A DNA stretch of 64,000 bases from Candidatus Aenigmatarchaeota archaeon (GCA_043808015.1 JAZDFI010000008.1:19408-83407); one strand, 5' to 3'. Numbered from the stretch's first letter, positions 18,200 through 30,240 are shown. Notes: generated from the sequence alone by a model not told the origin. Made by a program: numbers and translations.

Positions 18200-19417
18200 A
18201 TGGCGAACGAGGACATTCGGAAGCGACGGCTGAAAGATATAGTCGAAGAACTCGACAACTTCCGCGGGCGCCACACGGAGCTAATATCTGTTTACATACC
18301 AGCAGGATTCAACCTCTACAAGGTGGTCGAGCAGATAAACAGCGAGAAATCTACGGCCCAGAACATAAAGTCGAAGACGGTTCGCAAGAACGTCATGTCC
18401 GCGCTGGAGCGCATAACACAACATCTCAAGCTCTACAAGCAGACGCCTCCGAATGGCCTGGTCATTTTCGCAGGCAACATTTCCGAGCGTGAGGGCGTTG
18501 ACGACATAGAAATATACGCTCTGGAGCCGCCGGAGCCGCTTAACCAGCGGCTTTACAGGTGCGACCAAAAGTTTGTCCTTGACCCGCTGAAAGACCTCAT
18601 ACGCGAGCGCGAGATATTCGGCATAGTTCTTATAGACAAGTCAGAGGCCGACATCGGCCTGCTGCACGGCAAGAAGGTCAGGCCGCTCAAGCACCTGGAC
18701 TCGATGGTGCCGGGCAAGACTGAAGCGGGTGGCTGGTCGCAGGCACGATACGCTCGAGTGCGCGAAGGCCTGCTGAACGACTTCATGAAAAAAGTCGGCG
18801 AAATCGCTTCCCAAAATTTCAGCGACCAGAAGGATTTGCTGGGCGTGATTGTAGGAGGACCCGGCCCGATAAAGGAAATGTTCGCGAGAGGCGATTTCCT
18901 GAGATACGACTTCAAGAATAAAATAATCACGGTAGTCGACACGTCTTATATGGGCGAATACGGCCTCGAGGAAGCGGTCAATCGTGCCGAGGAGGCGCTC
19001 AAGGAAGCGAGCGTCATGAAAGAGAAACGAATTCTCATCCGCTTTTTCAACGAGCTCGGCAAGGATTCCGGCCTGGCGGTATATGGTCTCAAAGAGACCG
19101 TGGAAGCGCTCAAATCAGGAGTCGTCGAGTTGTTAATGGTTTCAGAGCATTTGGACTGGGTTAAAGCAAACATAAAATGCCTCAATTGCGGCGAGGAAAG
19201 GGAAGTCGTAATGCTGCGGGACAAGCTGGAGAGCCTGAAATGCGAAAAGTGCAGCGAGCTCTACGAGATTCTGGCAGAGAAAGACCTTACGGACGAGATA
19301 ATCAAGATGGCCGAGGAAATGAACACGAAAGTCGAGATGGTTTCCGCCGACACGAAGGAAGGCGCGCAACTGAAAGACATGGGCGGAATCGGAGGGATTC
19401 TCAGGTATAAGGCTTAG
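18200..19417 (+). CDS. prf1: Peptide chain release factor aRF1 (GGQ replaced by GGWSQ)
   Basis: GRHTELISVYIP, TAQNIKSK, YRCDQKF, C-terminal GGIGGILRY. Confidence 0.95.
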   Translation: MANEDIRKRRLKDIVEELDNFRGRHTELISVYIPAGFNLYKVVEQINSEKSTAQNIKSKTVRKNVMSALERITQHLKLYKQTPPNGLVIFAGNISEREGVDDIEIYALEPPEPLNQRLYRCDQKFVLDPLKDLIREREIFGIVLIDKSEADIGLLHGKKVRPLKHLDSMVPGKTEAGGWSQARYARVREGLLNDFMKKVGEIASQNFSDQKDLLGVIVGGPGPIKEMFARGDFLRYDFKNKIITVVDTSYMGEYGLEEAVNRAEEALKEASVMKEKRILIRFFNELGKDSGLAVYGLKETVEALKSGVVELLMVSEHLDWVKANIKCLNCGEEREVVMLRDKLESLKCEKCSELYEILAEKDLTDEIIKMAEEMNTKVEMVSADTKEGAQLKDMGGIGGILRYKA

Positions 19418-19920
19418 CCGCCGCGGGGTTCATATTCTTTTTTGTAAACAATCCAGAAAATTACAGGTATTGTGATTCCAAGCACAGCCCCGCCGATCAG
19501 GTCTGCCGGCCAGTGGACGCCCAGGAAATAGCGCGACGCAGCCACGAGTAACGCTAGCGCATAAAGCGGCAGAAGCTGCTTCCTGCGCAGGGCCAGATAA
19601 AGCGACGTCACGACTGCGAACATCGCAGTGGTGTGGCCGGACGGGAAGGAATTATCTATGTCGCAGTACGGGTTGCAGTTGGAAGCGACGACGCACGGTA
19701 TGCAAGGCCTTTCTATTATTATGAGGTTTTTCATGATCAGAACGACGAGCAGCGATATCAGCACGCCGGGGATGTAGATGTAAAGAACCTTTCTGAAAAG
19801 CTTCCTTTTCTCAGATGACAGCTTCTTCCTGAAAATGAAATACGCCAACAAAAGGATTGCGGTAGAAGCGGCCCATATCTGCGGCTCGCCTATGTTAGTG
19901 ACCAGATACCAAAAGTCCAT
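19414..19920 (-). CDS. PAP2-family phosphatase
   Basis: K....RP, SFPSGH, SRYFLGVHWPAD. Confidence 0.92.
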   Translation of the reverse strand: MDFWYLVTNIGEPQIWAASTAILLLAYFIFRKKLSSEKRKLFRKVLYIYIPGVLISLLVVLIMKNLIIIERPCIPCVVASNCNPYCDIDNSFPSGHTTAMFAVVTSLYLALRRKQLLPLYALALLVAASRYFLGVHWPADLIGGAVLGITIPVIFWIVYKKEYEPRGG

Positions 19921-19967
19921 AAGAACCAATTATGAATTGGTAAAACCTGATTAAATAGTCAGCGAGT

Positions 19968-20969
19968 TTACTGCTGCGAACCCGTGTGCACGTGCTTTAT
20001 CTCGATGGCTTCTTTCTGGCTGAAGTTTCTGAAAGACCTGCGGAAGAAAACCAGTCTCTTTTTCGCGCCAGGGACAGAGCCTTCGATGAATATGTAATTA
20101 CCCTTGACTTCTCCGTAGTTGATGAAGCCGCCGTCGATTTTAACGCCTTCCTTTCCTATCTTGACGAGCCTCTTGTTGTATTCGGTCCTGGTCTGGAAGC
20201 CCATCTGGCCTGCCTGAGCGATCGCGCCGGGCAGCACTCTGCTCGGCGTGACAGGACCCATGGTTCCGAGGTGGCGCCTTTTCAGCTTGTTTTTTCTGCT
20301 CCTGATTTTGATGCCGAACCTCTTGACAGGACCCTGATAACCTTTCCCCTTCGACACGGCTTTAACATCGAGAAATTCGCCTTCGGCGAAAACCTCGGAA
20401 ACATCAAGCTCCTTGCCCAGCTTCTCCTTAACGTATTTCCATTTGTCTTCAACTGAACCAGAAAGGTCGAGTTCAAAAACTTCAGGCTTCTTCTTCCCTA
20501 TCGCCGTATCTCTAGGCTGCGTGTGGACAAGAAGACGAACGTCCGCGACGTCGTTAAGCCTGCCATCGAAATCAGAAACCTGTTTAGTCGCCTTTTCTGG
20601 CAGGTTGAGTTTTCTGGCAAGATCTTTTTTCTGGTCCTTGGCCCATATCATGCCCATGTTGGTGTAGGTGTTTATGTATTTGCCGTAGACCTTGATGCCG
20701 AAAACATAAAGAGGTGGACATTCGAAAACCGAGACGGCCCTCGATATTTCCATGCCGTGCGTCGGGCTCTTTTTTCTGCTGTCCATGAATATGACGTGCG
20801 TCATGCCCGCCTTGTAGCCGGCGAATTCGACTGGCTTCGTCGTCGCGCCCATGATCTTCTGGACGCTCACAAGCTGCGGCGAATGCTTTAGTCTGGGATA
20901 AATTCGCTTCGCCCTCTTCTTCGGCCAGAATGCTCTCGAACCGGCCCTGGGTTTGTGTCCTCTTGCCAT
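19968..20969 (-). CDS. rpl3: 50S ribosomal protein uL3
   Basis: PRAGS..FWPKKRA, GYKAGMTH, KGKGYQGPVKRFG, GQMGFQTRTEYNK. Confidence 0.96.
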   Translation of the reverse strand: MARGHKPRAGSRAFWPKKRAKRIYPRLKHSPQLVSVQKIMGATTKPVEFAGYKAGMTHVIFMDSRKKSPTHGMEISRAVSVFECPPLYVFGIKVYGKYINTYTNMGMIWAKDQKKDLARKLNLPEKATKQVSDFDGRLNDVADVRLLVHTQPRDTAIGKKKPEVFELDLSGSVEDKWKYVKEKLGKELDVSEVFAEGEFLDVKAVSKGKGYQGPVKRFGIKIRSRKNKLKRRHLGTMGPVTPSRVLPGAIAQAGQMGFQTRTEYNKRLVKIGKEGVKIDGGFINYGEVKGNYIFIEGSVPGAKKRLVFFRRSFRNFSQKEAIEIKHVHTGSQQ

Positions 20970-20979
20970 AAAGCATCAC

Positions 20980-21369
20980 TTAGACTCTGCGTCCTCCGCG
21001 TCCGCCCGGCTTTCTCGTGGTGTCGTGCGGAACTGGCGTCGCATCCTCGATCCTGCCTATCCTGAGGCCCGCTCTGACAAGCGCGCGAATCGCAGGCTGC
21101 GCTCCGGCGCCGGGGATTTTCTTATTATGACCGCCCTGTGCGCGGATTTTAAGATGAACTCCGACAAGGCCTTTTGATATCGCTTCCTCCGCGACTTTTC
21201 TGGCAGCTTTCATGGCGGGGAATGGCGAACCTTTGTCCTTGTCCCTGCTGGTTATCATGCCGCCTGAGCAGCGGGCGATGGTCTCGGAACCTGTAAGGTC
21301 GGTTATGTGGATGATGGTGTTGTTGCCTGAAGAATAGATGTGAGCGATGCCCCATTTTTCGTCTTTCAT
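20980..21369 (-). CDS. rps11: 30S ribosomal protein uS11
   Basis: [25 protein letters not shown]. Confidence 0.96.
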   Translation of the reverse strand: MKDEKWGIAHIYSSGNNTIIHITDLTGSETIARCSGGMITSRDKDKGSPFPAMKAARKVAEEAISKGLVGVHLKIRAQGGHNKKIPGAGAQPAIRALVRAGLRIGRIEDATPVPHDTTRKPGGRGGRRV

Positions 21370-21827
21370 TGTTTACCACCCTCTGCGTTTATCAGGTTCT
21401 CCTTGTCGACCGGAACTATGTATGCAGGGAAGACCATTTTCCTTCCCTCTACAAAAATATGACCGTGCGTTATCCTCTGCCTCGCTTCCTTTACGGTCGA
21501 GGCGAAGCCTTTCTTGAAAACTAACGTTTGTAATCGGCGGTTAAGAAGCTCTCCAGCCTTGAGTTGCAGCACCTGGTCGAGGCCCTGTCCCTTCTGGATA
21601 AGGCCGATATAAACCAGCCTCTCAAGCAGAATCTGGGTTTTATTCTCGTCTTTCACCGCGATAAGGCTCCTTGCCCTTCTCCTGAAGTTGCGGACGCGCT
21701 CTTCAGCGCTCCATATCTCTCTCTTGCGCCTGAGCCCGAACTCTTTCAGTAATTTGGTTTCATCTTCGAGTCTCGCTGAGTCCCATGGCGCTCTCGGCCT
21801 TGACAGTTTCTTTTTAAGTCTTCTCAT
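21366..21827 (-). CDS. rps4: 30S ribosomal protein uS4
   Basis: [20 protein letters not shown]. Confidence 0.95.
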   Translation of the reverse strand: MRRLKKKLSRPRAPWDSARLEDETKLLKEFGLRRKREIWSAEERVRNFRRRARSLIAVKDENKTQILLERLVYIGLIQKGQGLDQVLQLKAGELLNRRLQTLVFKKGFASTVKEARQRITHGHIFVEGRKMVFPAYIVPVDKENLINAEGGKQ

Positions 21828-21833
21828 AAATCA

Positions 21834-22403
21834 TCACTTCTTGCCTTTGTCTTCCTTTGAACCGGCACCAGCGCCCGGTTTGGCCTTGCTCCTCTGCACG
21901 CCTATCGTGCTGCCGCTCCTGAATGAGCTTCTGGTTCTCTGGCCGCGGACTGGCTGGCCCAACGAGTGTCGAACGCCTTTGTAGCATCTTATCTTCTTCA
22001 GCCTGTCGATATCGTTCTTCTCAGTCAGATCGAGCTGTGACGTTGTAAGATGGAAAGTGCCACCCTTTTCAGGGTCTTTTCTCCTGTTGAACATCCATGA
22101 GGGGATTTTGTGCTTATCCATGCTGTTTATGATATCCTCTAGCTTGCTGAGGTCATGCTCGCTCAGTTCTGACAACTTCTTGTCGCCAAAACCGGATATG
22201 TCGGCTATCGCGCGCGACAAAGAATATGATATGCCTGATATGCCCATGATGGCGTGCTGGACCTTCCTGTTGCCATCGAGATTAGTCTCGCCCAGCCTGA
22301 TTATGTTTTTTAATCGCTTGTCAGCTCCGAATTCTTTCCTCTCTTCCTTCTTCTTGTCGGTCTTTTCGACCTTCTCTTTCTTTTGCGCTTTTTCGTCAGC
22401 CAT
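21834..22403 (-). CDS. rps13: 30S ribosomal protein uS13
   Basis: IPSWMFNRRKD, YKGVRH..GQPVRGQRT. Confidence 0.95.
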   Translation of the reverse strand: MADEKAQKKEKVEKTDKKKEERKEFGADKRLKNIIRLGETNLDGNRKVQHAIMGISGISYSLSRAIADISGFGDKKLSELSEHDLSKLEDIINSMDKHKIPSWMFNRRKDPEKGGTFHLTTSQLDLTEKNDIDRLKKIRCYKGVRHSLGQPVRGQRTRSSFRSGSTIGVQRSKAKPGAGAGSKEDKGKK

Positions 22404-22491
22404 GAATACACCGATATATACAGTATGTCAATATGTAAAGACAATTATATAAATGAATATTTAAATATTCTCCGTTGCCGGTTTTCGGGGA

Positions 22492-23220
22492 CTATGTCAC
22501 TTTTCTTGCAAATTCCTCAGCTTTTCCCCGCATATCGCTTGCCTGGTATAACGCCCGTCCGATTATGGCGTGCCATTCCTTTCCGGCCGCGCGAGCCGCG
22601 TCGCTGATGTCGCCGCCCTGCGTTATCATGCCAGGCGAATAGAAAACGGGCTTTACACCTTTTGTTTCGAGCGTGCGCTTGTATTCGGCTATGCGCTCAG
22701 GCTTGTTGCCAGGCACGACGAAGTCGCTTACGCCTAGCGACGCCGCAAGCTCGTATATCGCCTGGGGCGCGCTGTTGCGTATGAAGCCGCCGTCGCTTTC
22801 GAGATATTTGGGGTGGGTCATCTCCCCGCCTATTATCACACCCAAACCCTCTTTCTGCGCGGCCTCAATCCATCGCCTCTCGGTTTCAGGCCCGGCCTGC
22901 GGGAAGAGAATCACAGCATCGACACCTTTGCACGCTTTCATGAACTTCTCACCGGTGTCGGGAATGTCCGTCCCGGCCTTCTGGTGATCGTAAATTATCG
23001 GCAGTTCCGTGTGCATGCGTATCGTGTGTATGACGCTTTTCATGCCAAAAGGAATTACCAGCTCGAAGCCGATCTTGTAGCCGCCAATCCCTTTCACATC
23101 GCATGTTTCCCTGACCAGTTTATCGAGCGTTTCCAGCGTAGCGACGTCGCAAGCCGGTATTATGCTCCTGTCTGCTTTTATTATTTTCATATCATCACCT
23201 TTCCATTTTTGCCATTGCAA
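22492..23220 (-). CDS. pyrF: Orotidine-5'-phosphate decarboxylase (start possibly 23190)
   Basis: IPACD, GYKIG, YDHQKAGTDIPDT, SPG..QGG, IIGR.LY. Confidence 0.9.
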   Translation of the reverse strand: MQWQKWKGDDMKIIKADRSIIPACDVATLETLDKLVRETCDVKGIGGYKIGFELVIPFGMKSVIHTIRMHTELPIIYDHQKAGTDIPDTGEKFMKACKGVDAVILFPQAGPETERRWIEAAQKEGLGVIIGGEMTHPKYLESDGGFIRNSAPQAIYELAASLGVSDFVVPGNKPERIAEYKRTLETKGVKPVFYSPGMITQGGDISDAARAAGKEWHAIIGRALYQASDMRGKAEEFARKVT

Positions 23221-23226
23221 TTACTT

Positions 23227-23874
23227 TTATTCGAAACCCATTTTTCTGCCCCAGTTCGGAGGATCCTTGTTCCATTCCAGAGCCTTGGAGGCCTCGTCGT
23301 GACTTATGTATTTCATATCACCCGCCACGCTTATCAGCGTCGTGAAGTCGCTCAGGGGGATGAGCTCGCATTTCGCCTGGATAAACGCGGCTTTCGCCTT
23401 CGCCATCTCGTATGTGAATATCGCCAGGCAATGCTCGACCACGCCTCCTTGGTCGCGCACGGCTTCGACGCCTGCGATGCTGGAGCCACCCGTCGAGATG
23501 AGATCCTCGACTATCAGTACTCGCTGTCCGCGCTCCATCTTCCCTTCGATCAAATTCTCCTTGCCGTGGTCTTTCGCTTCCTTGCGTATGTAAATCATGG
23601 GCTTGCCCAGTTTCTCGGCCAGCCACGCTGCATGCGGAATGCCAGATGAAGCGATGCCCGCGACTATGTCGAAATCGAGCTTCCGCTCTTTGACGACTTT
23701 TGCAAAATAATCGACTATCATGGCGCGCTTATCGGGGTAGGACATTACAAGACGGTTGTCGCAGTAAATCGGGCTGAGTATGCCTGACGCGTATCGATAA
23801 GGCTTCTGCGGATTAAGCGTGACAGCCTTTATTTCAAGCAGAATCTTCGCGACGTCTTTTGCTATATCACCCAT
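23227..23874 (-). CDS. pyrE: Orotate phosphoribosyltransferase
   Basis: ASG..SPIYCDNR, IVEDLISTGGS. Confidence 0.95.
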   Translation of the reverse strand: MGDIAKDVAKILLEIKAVTLNPQKPYRYASGILSPIYCDNRLVMSYPDKRAMIVDYFAKVVKERKLDFDIVAGIASSGIPHAAWLAEKLGKPMIYIRKEAKDHGKENLIEGKMERGQRVLIVEDLISTGGSSIAGVEAVRDQGGVVEHCLAIFTYEMAKAKAAFIQAKCELIPLSDFTTLISVAGDMKYISHDEASKALEWNKDPPNWGRKMGFE

Positions 23875-25078
23875 AAACTATCCCCCTCCCCTTGTTTTTC
23901 ACGACATCACCATCATCGAAAACTATTTTTCCTCTCACGATGGTTTTCACCGGCCAGCCGCGTACCTCGAAGCCGTCGAAAGGCGACCAGCCGCATTTCG
24001 TGCGCATCTCGTCGTTCCTGATTTTTTTCTGGGCCTTCATGTCCACTATCACGAAATCAGCGTCATACCCCTTTTTTATGAAGCCCTTGTTTTTGAGCCT
24101 GAAAATTTTTGCAGGGTTCTCGCACATGGTCCCGACCAAACGCCTCAGCGTGAGCCTGCGCTTGTTGACAGCGTCCAGCATTAGCGGAAGGCGCGTTTCG
24201 ACGCCTGGCACGCCGTATAAATCGCCGGCTTCCTTTTCCTCGATGGTATGCGGCGCGTGATCGCTGCCTATCGTGTCTATCAGTCCAGCGTTAAGCGAAT
24301 CCCAGAGCGCGCGCCTGTCGCTCTCGTTCTTGAGCGACGGCTTCATGCGGATGAGCTGCGTCTGGTCGGTCTCGGTCAGGAAAAGGTGGTGCGGCGTAAC
24401 TTCGGCGAAAACGTTTTTGCCGTGGTTTTCCTTGACGTATTCCAGTTCGTTAAGTGTGCTCACATGACAAAGATAAAATTTCTTCTTCAGCTTTTCGGAT
24501 ATTTCTATCGCCTTCCTGGCGTTACGTCCCTCCGCGTGAATGGTGCACATGCGGGACGCCGCGATTATGCCGCTGATTATTTTATCGTCCTGTATCAGCA
24601 TGTTGCCCGTGGAAGCGTCCATGAAAATTTTCGTGGATGCGGCTTCCCCTGATTTTTCAACCTTATTGATTTCCTTTATGTTGTCAGCAGACGATCCGAA
24701 ATGAAAACCGAAATCAACTATAGACTTGCTGGAGGCGAGCGAGATTTTTTCCTCAAGAAGCTTTCCCGTGAGAGTCGGTGGTTTCGTGTTCGGCATGTCC
24801 AGCACACTGGTTACCCCGCCCGCGGCTGCCGCCTGGCTGCCTGTCCTGAAATCCTCCTTGTGCGTCAGGCCGGGTTCGCGGAAATGGACGTGAGGGTCTA
24901 TGGAGCCCGGAAGGATTAGCATATCGCTAGCGTTTATCGTCTCGTCCGCGGCTGTCTTGCCACTGAATATTTTTTTGATGGTGCCGTTTTCAACTAGAAT
25001 GTTTTTCCTGACAATCCTGCCGTCGATATAGACCATGCCGTTCTGGATAAAAAGCGTGTCGCTCATTGGCATCTCCAT
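23867..25078 (-). CDS. pyrC: Dihydroorotase
   Basis: IDPHVHFREPG, DMPNT.P, SDHAPH. Confidence 0.93.
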   Translation of the reverse strand: MEMPMSDTLFIQNGMVYIDGRIVRKNILVENGTIKKIFSGKTAADETINASDMLILPGSIDPHVHFREPGLTHKEDFRTGSQAAAAGGVTSVLDMPNTKPPTLTGKLLEEKISLASSKSIVDFGFHFGSSADNIKEINKVEKSGEAASTKIFMDASTGNMLIQDDKIISGIIAASRMCTIHAEGRNARKAIEISEKLKKKFYLCHVSTLNELEYVKENHGKNVFAEVTPHHLFLTETDQTQLIRMKPSLKNESDRRALWDSLNAGLIDTIGSDHAPHTIEEKEAGDLYGVPGVETRLPLMLDAVNKRRLTLRRLVGTMCENPAKIFRLKNKGFIKKGYDADFVIVDMKAQKKIRNDEMRTKCGWSPFDGFEVRGWPVKTIVRGKIVFDDGDVVKNKGRGIVYG

Positions 25079-25869
25079 CTGGCGTAATCGCTTATCGCGA
25101 CTTTCTCGCCGCTCTTCAGGCGCGCGAAGGCGCCGAAGTCCTTTATCTTCCTGAGCTGTTCGCTAGCGAAAACGGGACCGTCCTTGCACACGCGTAAACC
25201 ATCGGCTTCGCACTGGCCGCAGACGCCGAAGCCGCATTTCATGAAGCGCTCGAGGCTCGCCTCGCATTCGATTCCGTTCCGTTCGCATATCTCGAATACG
25301 CGCTTCATCATTATCTCGGGGCCGCACGTGTAAACGATGCTGAATTTCTTTTTCGCCAGTTGCGCTTCGAGAACGTCGGTGACGAAGCCCTTCGTCCCGG
25401 CAGTGCCGTCGTCCGTCGTTATGTTCGCGCCTTTAAAGCGCCCTTTGAAAATTATCCTGTCTTGCGACCTCGCTCCCTGGATGACGAGCGGGTTTTTCAG
25501 GCGCTCTATGAGCGTCGATAGCGGCGCGACGCCGCAGCCCCCGGCGACGACGCATGCGTCCGCCTTCAGCGTGAATCCATTGCCATACGGGCCGCGAATG
25601 CCTATCTTATTCCCAATTTTCATGCTGAAAAGCGCGTTCGTGAACTTGCCTTTCTCCTCGACTGTTATCGCCGTCTTATTGCCGGCGTAGGAGAGCGAAA
25701 ACGGCTTTTCGTCCAGGCCCGGAAGCCATACCATTACGAATTGTCCTGGTTGCGCAACGATTTTCTTATTGATGAAAAAAGTCCTGACGTAAGGATTCTC
25801 GTACACGACTTTTGTTATCTTCACCATCTCAGGCAGTTCCGGTTTTTTGCAGTTATCCATGGGCGGCAC
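25063..25869 (-). CDS. pyrK: Dihydroorotate dehydrogenase electron transfer subunit
   Basis: RGPYGNGF, CGPEIM, CGFGVCGQC..C.DGPVF. Confidence 0.93.
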   Translation of the reverse strand: MPPMDNCKKPELPEMVKITKVVYENPYVRTFFINKKIVAQPGQFVMVWLPGLDEKPFSLSYAGNKTAITVEEKGKFTNALFSMKIGNKIGIRGPYGNGFTLKADACVVAGGCGVAPLSTLIERLKNPLVIQGARSQDRIIFKGRFKGANITTDDGTAGTKGFVTDVLEAQLAKKKFSIVYTCGPEIMMKRVFEICERNGIECEASLERFMKCGFGVCGQCEADGLRVCKDGPVFASEQLRKIKDFGAFARLKSGEKVAISDYARWRCQ

Positions 25870-26764
25870 CTATTATTTCATCGAAGCGCTCGTATCCGTT
25901 CTCGTACATCCACTCGCTCATCTCGGAGCAGATTTTTTTGAAAACATCCATACCCCTGTAATGCACGGCCGAGCCTACGCCTATCGCCGTCGCGCCCGCC
26001 ATCATAATCTCAATCGCATCCCGCCCTGTCGCGACTCCGCCGGTTCCTATTATCGGAATTTTGACGCTTTCGTAAATGTCGTAGACGCAGCGGACAGCGA
26101 CCGGCTTTAGCGCCGGTCCGGAAACGCCGCCCATCCTGAAGCCGAGAACCGGCGTCTTCGCGTCTATGTTTATTATCATGCCGGGACCCATCGTGTTGAC
26201 AGCCGTTATAGCAGACGCTCCTGCCTTTTCAGCTGCCCTGGCGACGTCTCCGATGTTCCTCGTGATGGGTGATAGCTTTACGAAAACAGGAAGCTTGGTC
26301 TTCTTTATCACGGCTTTCACTATCTCGTGCGTCTTCTCGGGCGTGTCCTGTCCGGCGAGAGTGCCGAAGCCCGGGGTGTGAGGACATGAAAGCGGAATTT
26401 CTATCGCGGAGAACTCGAGACCTTCCAGCGCCTCGGCGACTTTCTCGAATTCGTCAACGTCCTGCCCTATCATGCTGGCGAAGACGGGAGCGCCCAGTTT
26501 TTTCAAACCAGTGAACTCTTTTTTCGCGTTGCTGGCGCCGGGATTCGAATAGCCTACCGCGTTCATGAGGCCGGCGTCGAAGGCGATGACAGTCGGGTTC
26601 TTGTGGCCCTCCCTGGGTTCGAGGGAAATCGATTTTATCGTCACTGCGCCGGCGCCGTTTCTTATGACTTCAGAAAGAAGCGAACGTGAAACGCCAAGAA
26701 TGCCGGAAGCAAGGATTATGGGGTTCGCGAGCTTTATGCCGCAGAGGTTCGTTTCAAGGTTCAT
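25853..26764 (-). CDS. pyrD: Dihydroorotate dehydrogenase (family 1B catalytic subunit)
   Basis: NPIILASG, SCPH, VKLSP, GGVSG, IIGTGG. Confidence 0.93.
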   Translation of the reverse strand: MNLETNLCGIKLANPIILASGILGVSRSLLSEVIRNGAGAVTIKSISLEPREGHKNPTVIAFDAGLMNAVGYSNPGASNAKKEFTGLKKLGAPVFASMIGQDVDEFEKVAEALEGLEFSAIEIPLSCPHTPGFGTLAGQDTPEKTHEIVKAVIKKTKLPVFVKLSPITRNIGDVARAAEKAGASAITAVNTMGPGMIINIDAKTPVLGFRMGGVSGPALKPVAVRCVYDIYESVKIPIIGTGGVATGRDAIEIMMAGATAIGVGSAVHYRGMDVFKKICSEMSEWMYENGYERFDEIIGAAHG

Positions 26765-26774
26765 GCCTCTCTTC

Positions 26775-28228
<1,454 letters not shown>

Positions 28229-28340
28229 TTATTAATTCTGCCGGTATGACAAGCAGTTGCATGCACTACAAGTTGGTGGGCAATAATACGAAAATGCTCG
28301 AAATTTATATTAATAATACAATATAATTAACTAACTTTGT

Positions 28341-29534
28341 ATGGTTAGTGTGAGAGGTGTGTTTATGAAAAAAGAGATGTTATCGGTTTTCGTGATTGGA
28401 GCGTTCATGCTTACAATCATGTCTTCGGTCTTCGCGGCCACGATGGTGACAGGGGGTCTGCAAATAATACTAACACGGCAGAATCCGTACCCCGTCGAGC
28501 CTGGTCAGGTCGTGGACATAGAAATCTCGCTGCAGAACAACGGTTACGCCGAGGCGCAGAATATCATACTTGAGATAAATCCCAATAATCCGTTCACGCT
28601 TTTGCCTGGTCAGGAGAAGATCAAAAGCTTTTCCAGAATAGCCGCTCGCGATCATGTCACGGCGACTTACAAGCTGCTCGTCGCTCAGGATGCGATAACC
28701 AACAACTACGAGCTCGATTTCAAATATTACCAGCCTGGCAGCACCGACGTGCAGAGTACGGACAAGGTGATCATACATGTCCAGGGAAAGCCGAAGCTCG
28801 TGCTGGACGGCATAGTAACGGATCCTGTTGAAATACAACCAGGCGACACAGTTACTATAAAGACCATGGTAAAGAACATGGGAACCGGTTCAGCATCGCT
28901 GACAGAAGCGGTTCTTTTTTCCAACACGTCGTACATACTCCCGGTTTTTTCAGGCGGCATGTATTTCATTGGTGAAATAAATCCGGGACGGACAGTCGAG
29001 GCGACTTTCACCATGAGCATAGACAATTCCGCCGAATACAAAAACTACCCGAGCATGCTCACGCTTTCTTACAAGGACGAAAGCGGCAATGACCAGACTA
29101 CAAGCTTCTACATCGGCATGCCGGTAAGAGGAAGCCCCGTAATAGAGATATTGAATGCTAAAGTGGAAGGCTCGGACTTCAAGGTTGACCTTGAGAACAT
29201 AGGCACTGCCAATGCGAAAGCGCTTAAGATATCGCTGGTCCAGTCAGGGCAGGTAAAGGACTCGCAAATCGCTAGCGAGTTGCGACCGTCGAAGCAGAAG
29301 ACGCTGCGTTTCCGCGGCTTCGAGTACGGCAATGCGATAATAAACATTTCCTATCTGGACGAGAGCAACGAGTTTTTCAGCAACGAGATTCCGCTTTCGA
29401 TTGCCCAGTCGGCATACGCCGAAGAACAGTCTGGGAATGGCGGCCTCTCGCCGCTGATACCGGTGCTGATAGTGGTCGTGGTGCTGGAAAGCTATTACGT
29501 GTGGAGACTGCGCAAAAAGTCCGGCAGTAAATAA
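28341..29534 (+). CDS. COG1361-type S-layer-domain exported protein
   Basis: Signal peptide, repeated P.PVEPG..V.I...N.G...A motifs, C-terminal TM; precedes an ABC exporter. Confidence 0.8.
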   Translation: MVSVRGVFMKKEMLSVFVIGAFMLTIMSSVFAATMVTGGLQIILTRQNPYPVEPGQVVDIEISLQNNGYAEAQNIILEINPNNPFTLLPGQEKIKSFSRIAARDHVTATYKLLVAQDAITNNYELDFKYYQPGSTDVQSTDKVIIHVQGKPKLVLDGIVTDPVEIQPGDTVTIKTMVKNMGTGSASLTEAVLFSNTSYILPVFSGGMYFIGEINPGRTVEATFTMSIDNSAEYKNYPSMLTLSYKDESGNDQTTSFYIGMPVRGSPVIEILNAKVEGSDFKVDLENIGTANAKALKISLVQSGQVKDSQIASELRPSKQKTLRFRGFEYGNAIINISYLDESNEFFSNEIPLSIAQSAYAEEQSGNGGLSPLIPVLIVVVVLESYYVWRLRKKSGSK

Positions 29535-29553
29535 GCCATAGCGCCGCTCCAGG

Positions 29554-30240
29554 ATGGTAAGCATGAAAAAGGTAATGTTTGAGCTGAAGGACGTCTGGAA
29601 GGTTTACTGCATGAAAGGCGCCGAAACGCAGGCGCTGAGAGACATAAGCCTGAAGATAGAGAACGGCGAATACATAGCGATAGTCGGCCAGTCCGGCTCC
29701 GGCAAATCGACGCTCATGCACGTTATCGGGTGCCTCGACACACCCACGCGCGGCAGCGTAGTCGTCGACGGGAAAGAGATATCAGAACTCGAGGACGACG
29801 ATCTTGCCAAGATAAGAAGAGAGAAGATAGGCTTCGTTTTCCAGGCTTTCAACCTTATAGGCAGTTTGACGGCGGCGGAAAATGTAGCGATGCCCATGAG
29901 GTTCAGCGGCTACGGAAAAGCGGAATCCATCAAAAAGGCAAAGGAGCTTCTCAAGAGGGTCGGCCTCGAAAAGCGAGTGGATCACAAACCAAACCAGCTT
30001 TCCGGCGGAGAGCAGCAGAGGGTCGCGATTTGCCGCGCCCTGGCGAACGACCCGGAAGTCATACTTGCGGACGAGCCAACGGGCAACCTCGACAGCAGGT
30101 CCGGCAGCGAAATAATCGAACTTATTGAAGAACTTCACAAGTCGGGCAAGACTATAATAATAGTCACCCACGACCAGAGCCTTGCAAGGCGCGCGAAAAG
30201 GCAGATAAAACTGAAGGACGGACAGATAGTGAATGAATAG
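29554..30240 (+). CDS. ABC transporter ATP-binding protein (LolD/MacB type)
   Basis: [27 protein letters not shown]. Confidence 0.95.
   Translation: MVSMKKVMFELKDVWKVYCMKGAETQALRDISLKIENGEYIAIVGQSGSGKSTLMHVIGCLDTPTRGSVVVDGKEISELEDDDLAKIRREKIGFVFQAFNLIGSLTAAENVAMPMRFSGYGKAESIKKAKELLKRVGLEKRVDHKPNQLSGGEQQRVAICRALANDPEVILADEPTGNLDSRSGSEIIELIEELHKSGKTIIIVTHDQSLARRAKRQIKLKDGQIVNE

Noticed and set aside
22813-23649. Long plus-strand ORF (278 aa) and similar antisense ORFs throughout the window
   Set aside because: These are shadows of well-supported genes on the opposite strand, expected with GC-rich third codon positions.
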